Of a stretch of 64,000 nt of DNA, positions 32,775 to 42,800 are shown piece after piece. The position numbers and the translations under genes are program-made. The notes beneath the pieces are model-generated. The model saw nothing but the letters and a program-made list of their open reading frames with translations, was not told the DNA's origin and searched no databases. Origin of the DNA: an uncultured Planctomycetaceae bacterium (GTDB lineage: Bacteria; Planctomycetota; Planctomycetia; Planctomycetales; Planctomycetaceae); the NCBI GenBank assembly GCA_963815195.1, contig CAWFGE010000012.1, positions 544,001-608,000 on the forward strand, given 5' to 3'. Position 1 is the first letter of the stretch. Each line of letters opens with the position of its first letter.

Positions 32775-32829
32775 GATCCGACTGCCGGTGTGGAGTCGGA
32801 TCATTCCCTTCGTCGAGTTCGTGCTCGAC
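32775..32829 (+). ncRNA. Insert-less cassette G in the leader of the TROVE gene
   Basis: CCGACTGCCGGTGTGGAGT and CCCTTCGTCG motifs with no cargo between them; alternative hairpins GATCCGAC/GTCGGATC and GTCGAG/CTCGAC. Confidence 0.5.
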
Positions 32830-32852
32830 TGCATTTAAGAAAGGAAAGAAAG

Positions 32853-34463
32853 ATGGCCAACAAGACTTTGTTTTCCAGCAGCAAGAATTCTCTGCCGCGG
32901 ACGGATACCTATAACGAGGCCGGAGGCCAGGCTTACCAGTTTTCGCCGAAGCATGCGCTGGCGCAGATGGCGGCGACCGGCTGCTTCAATGGGGTTTTCT
33001 ACGCGAGCGCCAAGAGCCAACTGGATGAGACGCGGAAGCTGATCGACCAGGTGGATGACAACGTCTTCCTGGCGAAGCTGGCGGTTTACGCGCGTGAGCG
33101 AGCCTACATGAAGGACATGCCGGCGGCGCTGTTGGTCGTTCTGTCCAAGCGGGACACCGAACTGTTGCACCGCGTGTTCGATCGGGTGGTGGACAACGGC
33201 CGCGTGCTGCGAACCATGTTTCAGATGATCCGTTCGGGACAGTTCGGCCGCACCAGCCTGTCGTCCAGTTTGCAGCGGGCGTTCCAGCGGTGGTTGAACG
33301 AGGCGTCGGTCGGGAAGCTCTTGTCGGCTTCGATCGGAAACGATCCGAGTCTGCGGGACGTGCTGCGGATGGCTCGACCAACGCCGAAAGATAACGAACG
33401 GCGTGCGCTGTTCGGTTGGCTGACGGACAAGGAGACCGAGAAGTGGGCTCCCGCCACCCAAGCCGACCTGCCGGCGCAGGTCCAGTCGCTGATCGCGTAC
33501 CGCCAGGCGGAAACCGCCGAGATGCAGGCGCTCATCCTGGGCGATCTGTCGGTGCGTTGGGATCTCTTGGCGGATGCGGCCAAGGGTCCGCTGGTCTGGA
33601 AGGGCATCGCCCGCCAGATGGGACCGCAGGCCCTGCGGATGAACCTCAACACGCTTCTGCGTCACGAGGTTCTGAAGGATGCCGAGATGGTGGATTACGT
33701 GGCCAGCCGCCTGGCGGATGCGAATGAAATCCATCGCTCGCGGCAGTTTCCGTACCAGTTCCTGGCGGCATACCTGAACGCCTCGGCTGAGGTTCCGCAA
33801 AAGATCAAGGCCGCTTTGCATCAGGCGGCTGAGATTGCTTGCGGCAACGTGCCAGAATTGCCGGGTCCGGTCGTCATCGGTCTGGACACGTCCGGTTCGA
33901 TGTCCATGCCGGCCACGGGTTGGCGGGGCCGCGGTGCGACCAGCAAGATGCGGTGCGTCGATGTGGCGGCTTTGTTCGCCGCGGCGATTCTCCGCCGCAA
34001 CCCAGACAGCGTGATCGTTCCATTCGACACGCAAGCGTACGACGTCCGCATCGATCCGGCCGACTCGATCCTGAGCCTGTCGGAGCGGCTGGCGAAGTAC
34101 GGCGGCGGGGGAACGGACTGTTCGATTCCCCTCCGCACGGCCAACACAAAGTTCAATAGGCAAGCGTTTGCGGGCTGCGTGCTGGTCAGCGACAACGAGA
34201 GTTGGGTCGGCACGGGCCGCTACGGCTCGACCGGCGTGATGACCGAGTGGCAGACGTTCGTCAAGAACCAGACGCTCTTGGGCATCGCCGATCCAAAGCT
34301 GGTTTGCATCGACATCCAGCCCTATGGTTCGACGCAGGCTCCCGAGCGAGACAACATCCTGAACATCGGCGGCTTCAGTGACGCGGTGTTCCACGTCGTC
34401 GCCTCGTACCTCGCAGGCGACGCCGCCCGGTTCGTCGCCGAGGTGGAGTCGATCGAGCTGTAA
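32853..34463 (+). CDS. rsr: Ro60/Rsr-like TROVE domain RNA-binding protein with C-terminal vWA domain
   Basis: [10 protein letters not shown]-terminus, [23 protein letters not shown] motif [38 protein letters not shown] upstream. Confidence 0.93.
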   Translation: MANKTLFSSSKNSLPRTDTYNEAGGQAYQFSPKHALAQMAATGCFNGVFYASAKSQLDETRKLIDQVDDNVFLAKLAVYARERAYMKDMPAALLVVLSKRDTELLHRVFDRVVDNGRVLRTMFQMIRSGQFGRTSLSSSLQRAFQRWLNEASVGKLLSASIGNDPSLRDVLRMARPTPKDNERRALFGWLTDKETEKWAPATQADLPAQVQSLIAYRQAETAEMQALILGDLSVRWDLLADAAKGPLVWKGIARQMGPQALRMNLNTLLRHEVLKDAEMVDYVASRLADANEIHRSRQFPYQFLAAYLNASAEVPQKIKAALHQAAEIACGNVPELPGPVVIGLDTSGSMSMPATGWRGRGATSKMRCVDVAALFAAAILRRNPDSVIVPFDTQAYDVRIDPADSILSLSERLAKYGGGGTDCSIPLRTANTKFNRQAFAGCVLVSDNESWVGTGRYGSTGVMTEWQTFVKNQTLLGIADPKLVCIDIQPYGSTQAPERDNILNIGGFSDAVFHVVASYLAGDAARFVAEVESIEL

Positions 34464-34478
34464 TGGCTCTGTTGAATG

Positions 34479-34520
34479 GAAACGCCCCTGGTCTGAGCGA
34501 TCGGACCCGGGGCGTTTTTC
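34479..34520 (+). terminator. Intrinsic terminator after the TROVE gene
   Basis: AAACGCCCC-t-GGTCTGA-gcga-TCGGACC-c-GGGGCGTTT hairpin followed by a T run. Confidence 0.75.
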
Positions 34521-34648
34521 GTTCTGACAAGGAGTAAAAGGCCTTTTTTGACGGCCCTGGCGATTATTTCCAAAAATATTTCAGATATATTATTGACATG
34601 ACAATAGATTATATGTCAAGTTATTGCGAAGGAGGTGACTCAGAACCC

Positions 34649-35131
34649 ATGGCGCGCAGCAGACTTCAAGATGAGCTGAAAAAGAAACGATCGTTCGATT
34701 CGCTGGAGCAGCCGGCGATTTTGAACATCCTGCGGACGAGCGATCAGTTTCAGAATCGTTTCGGGCGATTGTTTCGGGAATACGGTCTGACCTCATCCCA
34801 GTACAACGTGCTGCGAATCCTCCGGGGCGAAGGCCGGCCGATGCCTTGCCTGGAAATTGCCGAGCGGATGATACAAGTGGTTCCGGCCATGACGGGGCTC
34901 TTGGATCGGTTGGAGAAGCAGGGACTCGTGTCGCGGGAACGCTGCACGGAAGACCGCCGCGTGGTTTACGTGGACCTGACAAAGAAGGCGAAGGAATTGC
35001 TCAAGGAGATGGACGCTCCCGTGAGCGAACTCCACCACGAACTTGTCGGCCATCTCACGCGGGCGGAACTGAAAGAACTCAGCCGCCTGTTGGAAAAGGC
35101 GCGAACGGCTCTTGATGAAAGCCAAGGTTGA
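34649..35131 (+). CDS. MarR family transcriptional regulator
   Basis: YGLTSSQYNVLRIL...LLDRLEKQGLVSR...DRRVVYVDLT; GAAGGAGG RBS. Confidence 0.93.
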   Translation: MARSRLQDELKKKRSFDSLEQPAILNILRTSDQFQNRFGRLFREYGLTSSQYNVLRILRGEGRPMPCLEIAERMIQVVPAMTGLLDRLEKQGLVSRERCTEDRRVVYVDLTKKAKELLKEMDAPVSELHHELVGHLTRAELKELSRLLEKARTALDESQG

Positions 35132-35199
35132 TCTTTTTTTGGCCGTTTACATTATATGTAAACTGACTATATAAAATCTAATTAAAGAAAGGCGAAACG

Positions 35200-35955
35200 A
35201 TGAGCTTAAGGGGAAAAGTGGCTTTGGTGACAGGCGGAACGTCCGGCATTGGCAAGGAAACGGCACTTGAGCTTGCAAAGGCGGGGGCAAAGGTTGTCCT
35301 GGCGGGCCGCCGGGCGGAGGAGGGGAATGCCGTGGCGGCCGAGATCGCCTCGGCGGGCGGGGAGGCGATTTTCGTCGAAACCGACGTGACGAAAGAGGAT
35401 CAGGTCCGGCGCCTGGTGGAGGAAGCCGTCCGGCATTTTGGCCGTTTGGACATTGCCTTCAACAATGCCGGGGTCGAACAGACCGGACCGATCGCGGAGT
35501 TTACCGAACAGGACTACCGCAGGGTGTTTGACATCAACGTCCTCGGCGTGTTCCTCAGCTTGAAATACGAGATTCCCGCCATGCTCCAAACCGGGGGCGG
35601 CTCGATCATCAATACGTCGAGCATCCTCGGCCGCGTCGCCGTCCCGGGGGCCGGCATCTACAACGCCTCGAAGCACGCCGTGGAAGGCATCACCAAGACG
35701 GCCGCCCTCGAACTGGCGGGGCAAGGCATTCGGGTCAATGCCGTCGCTCCCGGTGCCGTCGCCACGGATATGATCGATCGTTTCGCCGGTGAAGAGGGCA
35801 GCGAACATCGGGAACAGCTCGCTTCGCAGCATCCGATGGGACGGCTCGGACATTCCCGGGAAATCGCCGCGGCCGTGCTCTATTTGGCGTCGGATGCCGC
35901 GTCGTTCACGACGGGGATGTCGCTGCCCGTCGATGGCGGGTACCTGGCGAAATAA
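35200..35955 (+). CDS. SDR family oxidoreductase
   Basis: TGGTSGIG, NNAG, YNASK motifs. Confidence 0.95.
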   Translation: MSLRGKVALVTGGTSGIGKETALELAKAGAKVVLAGRRAEEGNAVAAEIASAGGEAIFVETDVTKEDQVRRLVEEAVRHFGRLDIAFNNAGVEQTGPIAEFTEQDYRRVFDINVLGVFLSLKYEIPAMLQTGGGSIINTSSILGRVAVPGAGIYNASKHAVEGITKTAALELAGQGIRVNAVAPGAVATDMIDRFAGEEGSEHREQLASQHPMGRLGHSREIAAAVLYLASDAASFTTGMSLPVDGGYLAK

Positions 35956-35988
35956 TCACACACAACAAACCGATTTCGAGGTGATGAC

Positions 35989-36687
35989 ATGATTCAAGTT
36001 CGCAAAGCGCACGAGCGCGGCCATGCCGACCACGGCTGGCTCGAGACGTACCACACATTTTCATTTTCAACCTACCACGACCCGAACCACATGCGGTTTC
36101 GGTCGCTACGGGTGATGAACGAGGACTTTGTCGCCCCGGGGCAAGGCTTCGGGACGCATCCCCATCATGACATGGAGATCGTCACGTACGTGCTCGAAGG
36201 GGCGCTCGAACACAAGGACTCGATGGGCCACGGCGAAGTCCTGCGGCCCGGAGAGTTTCAGCGAATGTCCGCGGGAACCGGAATCACGCACAGCGAATTC
36301 AACCCTTCCCCCACCGAGCCGGTTCATCTCTACCAGATTTGGCTGTTTCCCGAACGCAAAGGGATCGAGCCCAGTTACGAGCAGAAGCGATTTCCCGAGG
36401 AACAGCGGCACAATCGGCTGCAGCTGGTGGCTTCTCGGGAGGGAGTTGACGGCTCATTGCTCATCCACCAGGATGCCCGCATCTATTTGTCGAGCCTTGA
36501 TGAAGGCCGGGCCGTTTCCCACGAACTTTCGCCGGGCCGGCACGCGTGGCTGCAAGTGCTCCGAGGCGATGTTTCCCTCAATGGCCTCGAACTTATGACA
36601 GGCGACGCCGCCGGCGTCAGCGGCGAAAGCACGCTGGAGATCCTGGCGAACCGGCCGGCCGAGATCATGCTCTTCGATCTGAATTAG
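35989..36687 (+). CDS. Pirin family protein (YhhW-like)
   Basis: GFGTHPHHDMEI, HKDSMG, MSAGTGITHSE motifs. Confidence 0.95.
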   Translation: MIQVRKAHERGHADHGWLETYHTFSFSTYHDPNHMRFRSLRVMNEDFVAPGQGFGTHPHHDMEIVTYVLEGALEHKDSMGHGEVLRPGEFQRMSAGTGITHSEFNPSPTEPVHLYQIWLFPERKGIEPSYEQKRFPEEQRHNRLQLVASREGVDGSLLIHQDARIYLSSLDEGRAVSHELSPGRHAWLQVLRGDVSLNGLELMTGDAAGVSGESTLEILANRPAEIMLFDLN

Positions 36688-36922
36688 ACCCGGGTCTTGC
36701 GGTTTTTCGTGTGCATGATTCTATTCCTTCTGCACAATCTCCGAAGGGGAGGTAAGATCCGTGGTTGATCATCACACAAAAAGATCATCAGCGTCCGCCC
36801 CCGATTCGCCGGAAGACCCCCTTTTCTCATGTTGTCACCTATCCAGGGGATCGCTATGATGCGAAACGGGGACGGAATCTGTTTCGATCAACGGCAGTCG
36901 TAAAGGAGGCACGTCAGTTCCT

Positions 36923-37405
36923 ATGCGAATCGGATTGGGACACGATGTGCACCGGCTGGTCGAGGGCCGCACGCTGGTTTTGGGCGGCGTGGCGATTGAA
37001 TACCACCTGGGGCCCGACGGACACAGCGATGGCGATGTGCTTTTGCATGCCCTGACCGATGCCGTGTTGGGAGCCGCCGGCCTGGGCGACATCGGCACGT
37101 GGTTCCCGGACACCGACCCGAAGTGGAAAGATGCCGATTCCGCGCAGTTTCTCGAAGCCGCGGTCGCGCTGGTTCGCGAACGGGGCTGGAGAATTGGCAA
37201 TGTCGATTGCACAATTTTCGCCGAACAGCCGAAACTGAAAGAAGATAAACCCAGAATTCGCGGCCGGGTGGCGGAGATTCTGGGCATAAGCGCGGACGCG
37301 GTGAACATCAAAGCCAAGACCGGCGAGAAGGTCGGCCCCATCGGCCGCGGAGAAGCCATCGCCGCCGACGCCGTGGTTTTGTTGTTGCCTATGACATCAG
37401 AGTGA
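36923..37405 (+). CDS. ispF: 2-C-methyl-D-erythritol 2,4-cyclodiphosphate synthase
   Basis: MRIGLGHDVH, GHSDGDVLLHA, GDIG.WFPDTD motifs. Confidence 0.96.
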   Translation: MRIGLGHDVHRLVEGRTLVLGGVAIEYHLGPDGHSDGDVLLHALTDAVLGAAGLGDIGTWFPDTDPKWKDADSAQFLEAAVALVRERGWRIGNVDCTIFAEQPKLKEDKPRIRGRVAEILGISADAVNIKAKTGEKVGPIGRGEAIAADAVVLLLPMTSE

Positions 37406-37579
37406 TTCGAAAGTCGCCGATCGCTCCGCGATCGTAGCGCGGACGTGAGTAAAGGTGCAATTTCAATAGTTGATTCGATAGGGTATCGAACTGTCGAAAC
37501 GCTACGTTCGCGGAGCGAACGGCGACTTACCTTGCCGCAGACAAAACCATCACCAACACGAGACGGATTTCTCACCACA

Positions 37580-39137
37580 ATGACACTTCGCGTTTACAAC
37601 ACGTTGACTCGCCAGAAGGAAGATTTTCAGACCGTCCAGCCGGGCAAGGTTACGATGTATCTGTGCGGGCCGACGGTGTATAAGCCCGCCCACATCGGGC
37701 ATCTGGTGGGGCCGGTGATTTTCGATACGATCAAACGTTATCTCACCTACAACGGCTATCAGGTGACGTGGGTCATCAACATCACCGATGTGGACGATAA
37801 ACTCATTGCCGGGGCGAAAAAAAACGGCACCACCGTGGAAGCCCTCGCCAAGCAAATGACCGACGACTACTTCGACAACCTGGGGACAATGGGCGTCGAC
37901 ACCGTCGATCATTTCCCCTACGCCACGGCGCACATCGGCGACATGCTGGAGATGATTGGCTCGTTAGTCGAACAGGGCTATGCCTACCCGCTCGATGGCG
38001 ACGTGTATTTTGAAGTCTCCAAGGATGAGGACTACGGCAAGCTCAGCCGGCGGAACATCGAGGAAATGCTCGCCGGCACGCGGGCCGAGACCAACGAGAA
38101 AAAACGCAATCCCGCCGACTTCGCCCTCTGGAAAAAATCGAAGCCCGGCGAACCGGCGTGGAACAGCCCCTGGGGACCGGGCCGGCCCGGTTGGCATATC
38201 GAATGCTCCGCCATGAGCCAAAAACTCCTGGGCGAATCCATCGACATTCACGGCGGCGGGTTGGATTTGATGTTCCCCCACCACGAGAACGAACTTGCCC
38301 AGTCCGAATGCTGCTCCGGCAAGCCCTTCGCCCGGTATTGGATGCACAACGGCCTGATGCAAGCCGGCAGCCAATCCGGAAAACTCGGCGGCCAGCACAG
38401 CCGCGCAGGCGATAAGATTCCCGACCAGGCCGCGCAAGAAGCGGGCAAGCTCGCCGGTTCCGCGGGGGCGGAGTCGGTCAAGACGGCGGTGTTCGCGAAA
38501 CATCACCCCGAAACCGTGCGGTTCTTTTTGCTCTCGACCCATTACCGCAGCCCGATCGACTTCAGCGATGAAAACATCGCAGGCACCGGCAAGAGCCTCG
38601 AAGGGTTTTACCGGCTGTTTGGAACTTTCGGACGCATCACCGGACAGGTTTTTTATGCCCTCAAAGCTCCAGAGGTTCGAAGCGATTCGAAACCGATCGC
38701 GGGGAACGATGCGGAGTTCGCGGAGGAGATGAACCATCTCCACGCCCGGTTTTTGGAAGCGATGGATGACGACTTCAACACCGGCGGGGCCGTGGGCAAT
38801 TTGTTCGAGATGCGAAAGGCCTTAAACGGTTACATCGCCCGGCACAACCTGGAAACGGGCAAAACCCAGCCGGCCGACGTGGAAACGCTGACGGCCGGGA
38901 TGACGATGCTCAAGGAACTGGCGAACCTGTTGGGCGTGTTCCGCAAACCGATCGAGAAATCGGCCGGCGGGGACGATGAGTTCGTGGGCGGCTTGATGCA
39001 GCTCATCATCCGCCTCAGGGCGGATGCGCAAAACCAAGAACTGGGACATGGCCGACAAAATCCGCGACGGCCTCGCCGCCCTCAAAGTCACCTTGGAAGA
39101 CCGCCCCGAAGAAACGGTTTGGCGGCGAGACGGATAG
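37580..39137 (+). CDS. cysS: Cysteine--tRNA ligase with an apparent frameshift near 39030
   Basis: [38 protein letters not shown]; canonical C-terminus [15 protein letters not shown]...W lies in another frame and ends at TAG 39137. Confidence 0.93.
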
Positions 39138-39140
39138 AAG

Positions 39141-39320
39141 AAAATCCGAAATCCGAATCTCGAAATCCGAAATAAATCCGAATGTTCGAAATTCGAAATT
39201 CCAATCTCAAAACGGAGGGTGACGTTCACGAAACAAAAATCGGCCTCGCTGCAAGGTTTGAGACATTGGAGTTTGAGATTTTGAATTTGTTTCGGATTTC
39301 GATATTCGAGATTCGAATTT
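39141..39320. repeat. Degenerate heptamer (AAATYCG-like) tandem repeats arranged as an inverted pair
   Basis: aaatccgaaatccgaatctcgaaatccgaaa ... tttcggatttcgatattcgagattcgaattt. Confidence 0.7.
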
Positions 39321-39377
39321 GAACCCAAAACGTGTTCAATCATCTGAGGGCGGAAATCGATGGCATTTGCAGAGCCG

Positions 39378-39893
39378 ATGAGCCAAAAGACGCCCGCCCG
39401 ACCGGTGGATCGCTACCTGGGCGTCGATCCCGGTTTGAACCGCACGGGGTATGCCTTGATCGAACGCACGCCCGGTGGTCCCGTTTTGCGGGAAGGCGGC
39501 ATCGTGCGGTCTTCGCGGTCCGATTCGCTCGCCCAGCGGGTTCTGGAAATCGGCCGCGGCGTCCGGGAGATGATCGAAGAATACCGCCCGCAACTCATGG
39601 CGGTCGAGCAGGTGTTTTCCTACGGCCGAAATCCGAAGACGGCGCTTTTGATGGCGCACGCCCGCGGTGCGATTTTGTTGGTGGCCGCCGAAAAGCAGAT
39701 TCCAGTGCTCCATTACACGCCCACGCACGTCAAGAAGCTCCTCACGGGCAACGGGCGGGCTTCCAAAGAGCAGATTCAATACGCGATCAAAAGCGAATTG
39801 GGTTTGGCGGAGATTCTCGAACCCAACGACGTGGCCGACGCGTCTGCGGTCGCCTTGTGTCTGTATCACAGCATCCGCCACGCCGTGACTTAA
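39378..39893 (+). CDS. ruvC: Holliday junction resolvase RuvC
   Basis: LGVDPGLNRTGY, AVEQVF, GNGRASKEQI, DVADA motifs. Confidence 0.95.
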   Translation: MSQKTPARPVDRYLGVDPGLNRTGYALIERTPGGPVLREGGIVRSSRSDSLAQRVLEIGRGVREMIEEYRPQLMAVEQVFSYGRNPKTALLMAHARGAILLVAAEKQIPVLHYTPTHVKKLLTGNGRASKEQIQYAIKSELGLAEILEPNDVADASAVALCLYHSIRHAVT

Positions 39894-42800
39894 ACGGCCG
39901 ACTCACCGACCGGCGAGATGTCCGCGGTGGGTTGCGAATCCTGGACGAGTTTCAAATCGTACGCGGCTTCGCATGCTGTGAAGCGTCTCTCGGCGGCCTC
40001 GCGGTGCGCGTGTTGCGAGTGGGGATCGGACACATGTTGGGCCAAACGCCAATGGGCGAGGCCTTGCTCGTAGAGCATATTCAATCCCTCCGCGGCGGCG
40101 AGGCTTTCTTTCCAACGGCCGATCGCTTTTTCACGCTGACCTTCGAGCCTCGCCCGTTCGCCTTGCCAGAGATGAAAGCGAGGTTTGCCGATCGGGAAAA
40201 CGTGGGCGTAGGTTTTCATCGCCTTGAGCGCGGACCGCACGGCCGCCCGGTTTTTCTTGTCGGATGGTTCGCGGGTTTCGGATTCCCAGCGGGCAAGATA
40301 GATTTCCACGACGGCCGAGTAGCCTTCGAGCAAGACATAACTCGTGGGCCGGCCCAGGCGGCGGATTCTCTCGAACACCGCGTCGGCTTCGGACAGGGCG
40401 GCGAGCAAATCGTGTTCCCGCAGCCTCGCCACCGCCAACACGCCTTGCACCATGATCTCGGAAATCCGGTCGGTGTTGACCTTGAACATCGCGAGGGCGG
40501 CCTCGGCGTGCGCGATGGTTTCCGCAAAATCGCCCAGCCGGAGTTGATTGAGCGCGGACCCCCCGTGCCCCCACGCCTGATGCAGCACATCGTCCCGGCG
40601 GAGCGATCGCTCGTGATGTTCCGACCAGATCCGAAAACCCTCGCGGAAGTTCCCCGCGAAATAATACGAGCCCCCCAAGACGGTGGAGGTCGTGGCGTAT
40701 TTCCGGTAGTCGCCAAGCTGCTTGTAGAGGTCCATCGCCCGCGTGAGGTTGTCCCGGGCGACGACCCAATTTCCGACCCCCACGTGATAGATGCCCGTCG
40801 TGAGCGACACCCACGCCGAGGACGGCAAGTGCTCGACCTGATCGACGGTCGCCCGCGCCTGCCGCATGTACGAAGCCGCCAAAGTCCGGCACGGGATGGC
40901 CGCGGCGGTCAGGCCCATGTTGGCGAACGCCCGCGCGAGTTCGGGCGTGGGGCCGGCCTGTTCCGCCAGGTTGAGCATCCGCAAGCAGGCGTACAAAAAC
41001 CGCAGCGTATCGTTGCCCAGGTAATGGATTTCGGCAAGCTGCTCCCAAACGTGGACGGTTTCGAGCAGGGCCTCTTCTTTTGAGGGCTTTCTCACTTGGC
41101 CTTTCCGCAGCCGATGCCAAACCTGCCTCGCGGACTGCTGCAAGAGCCGGCCGGCGCAGCTTGCGGGCCGGACGGGGGCCGGTTCGCCGATCCATTGGAG
41201 AGCCGCGACGCATTCGTCCCGGCTGTCCTCCAGTCGTCCGAGCCCCATCAGTGAAGCGGCGAAGCGGCGGTGCAGGCTCGCCCGGTGCAATCGCTCCGCC
41301 GGACCGAAGTCCGCCGGTGCCCCCGGCTCCAAGCGGTGGAGGACCGACTGAAAGAACTCGGTGGCTTCCTGATAGGCCCCGTTTTTGAGCGCATGATCGC
41401 CGGCCTGCTCCTGATACAGCCGGGCTTTGTTCTCGACGCCCGCCTGATTCCAATGGTGGGCCAGGAGCGCGAAGGTCGCGGCGGGCCGGCGCTCCGCGGA
41501 GGCTTCGTACCATTCCGCAATTGCCCGGTGCAACTCGCGGCGCTGTTGGAAAAGCATCAGATGATAGGCCACCTCTTGGATGATGATGTGCTTGAAGGCA
41601 TAACTCAATTCCGGCGTTTGGGCCGTTCGCAGGATGAGGTCCCGCTGGCAGACCGTGTCGATGTGAATGGGCAATTCATCCCGGTCGTCCGGAACCGGAT
41701 ACGCGTGGTAGAGCACCGGAAACTCGAAGCTCCGCCCGATGACGCTCGCGGTCTTCATCGTCAACAGCTCCGGCGGCCTGAGCCGGTCGAACCGGCTGCG
41801 GATCACCCCGTGCAGCGCATTGGGAAAATCCAAAGCGGCCAGTTCGGAGGGCGGGCACGCCAGCACCGCCTGGTCCTCTTCCACGCGGACCTTCTTCGAG
41901 TCCCGAAGCACGAACACGAGTTCTTCCGAGTAGAGCGGATTGCCCTCGGCACGATTGTAGATCCAATCCGCAACTTCCGCGGGAACGTCGGCGACGCCCA
42001 GGCGTTCGCAAATCAATTGGCGGACTTCCTGCGCGGAAAGGGGCGTGAGCAGGATCGCGATCGTTTGATCCAACTCTTTCAAAGCCGAATAGTCGGCGGG
42101 CACGGGATCGTCAAGGGGCCGCGTGGCCACGGCGAGCATCAGCGAAGGCACCTGCCGGGCCACTTGCCGGGCGATGGCCCAGGACGCCGAGTCAAACCAC
42201 TGCCCGTCGTCGAGCACGATCAACAGCGGGTTTTCGCTCGATTTTTTCCGCAACAGTCGCACGATCAACTTCTGCAGGTTGTCGGCCCGGACCTGGCCCA
42301 CCATGTCCCGCGTCGTGGGATTTTCCGGCAGGTCCAAAGGCAGAATGCTGTTGAGCAACGGAGCCAGCGTGATCAGCTGATCTTCCGATTCGAGCCACGC
42401 AAGGAGCCGATCCCGGGGAGCCGCCGGGGCCGCCGCCTCGAGGCCGAGTTCTTCCAAAAGCCCGGCCATCACCGGCCGCCAGACGTGGTACGGGGACGAT
42501 TCCTCAATCGAATCCCCCCGGCCGGCGAGCACGCTGAAGCCCCGGCTTCGGGCGGCGTCGGTCAGGTGTTGCACCAGCCGCGATTTCCCGATGCCCGCAT
42601 CGCCTTCGATGAGGAGCACGCAGGCCGAGTTCCGTCCGCGGCAGTCGTCCAGAATCTTCTGGATCATCTCGCGCTGCTGGTCGTGGCCGAACGTGGCGGA
42701 ATGCGAGGCTTGCGAGGTTTGCCGCTGCTTGATGGGTTCAAAGATCGCGACCTGCTTGCCGGCCTTCCCTTTGACCTGGATGGATTTATGAACCACAAAC

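Noticed and set aside
31424..32829. Repeated motif with variable intervening sequence read as a CRISPR array
   Set aside because: Repeats are degenerate and bipartite (5' and 3' halves pair around the insert), insert lengths range from ~0 to ~130 nt, and no cas genes are present.
29209..34520. tRNA array as part of a prophage or integrative element
   Set aside because: No integrase, phage structural genes or att-like direct repeats are visible on either flank.
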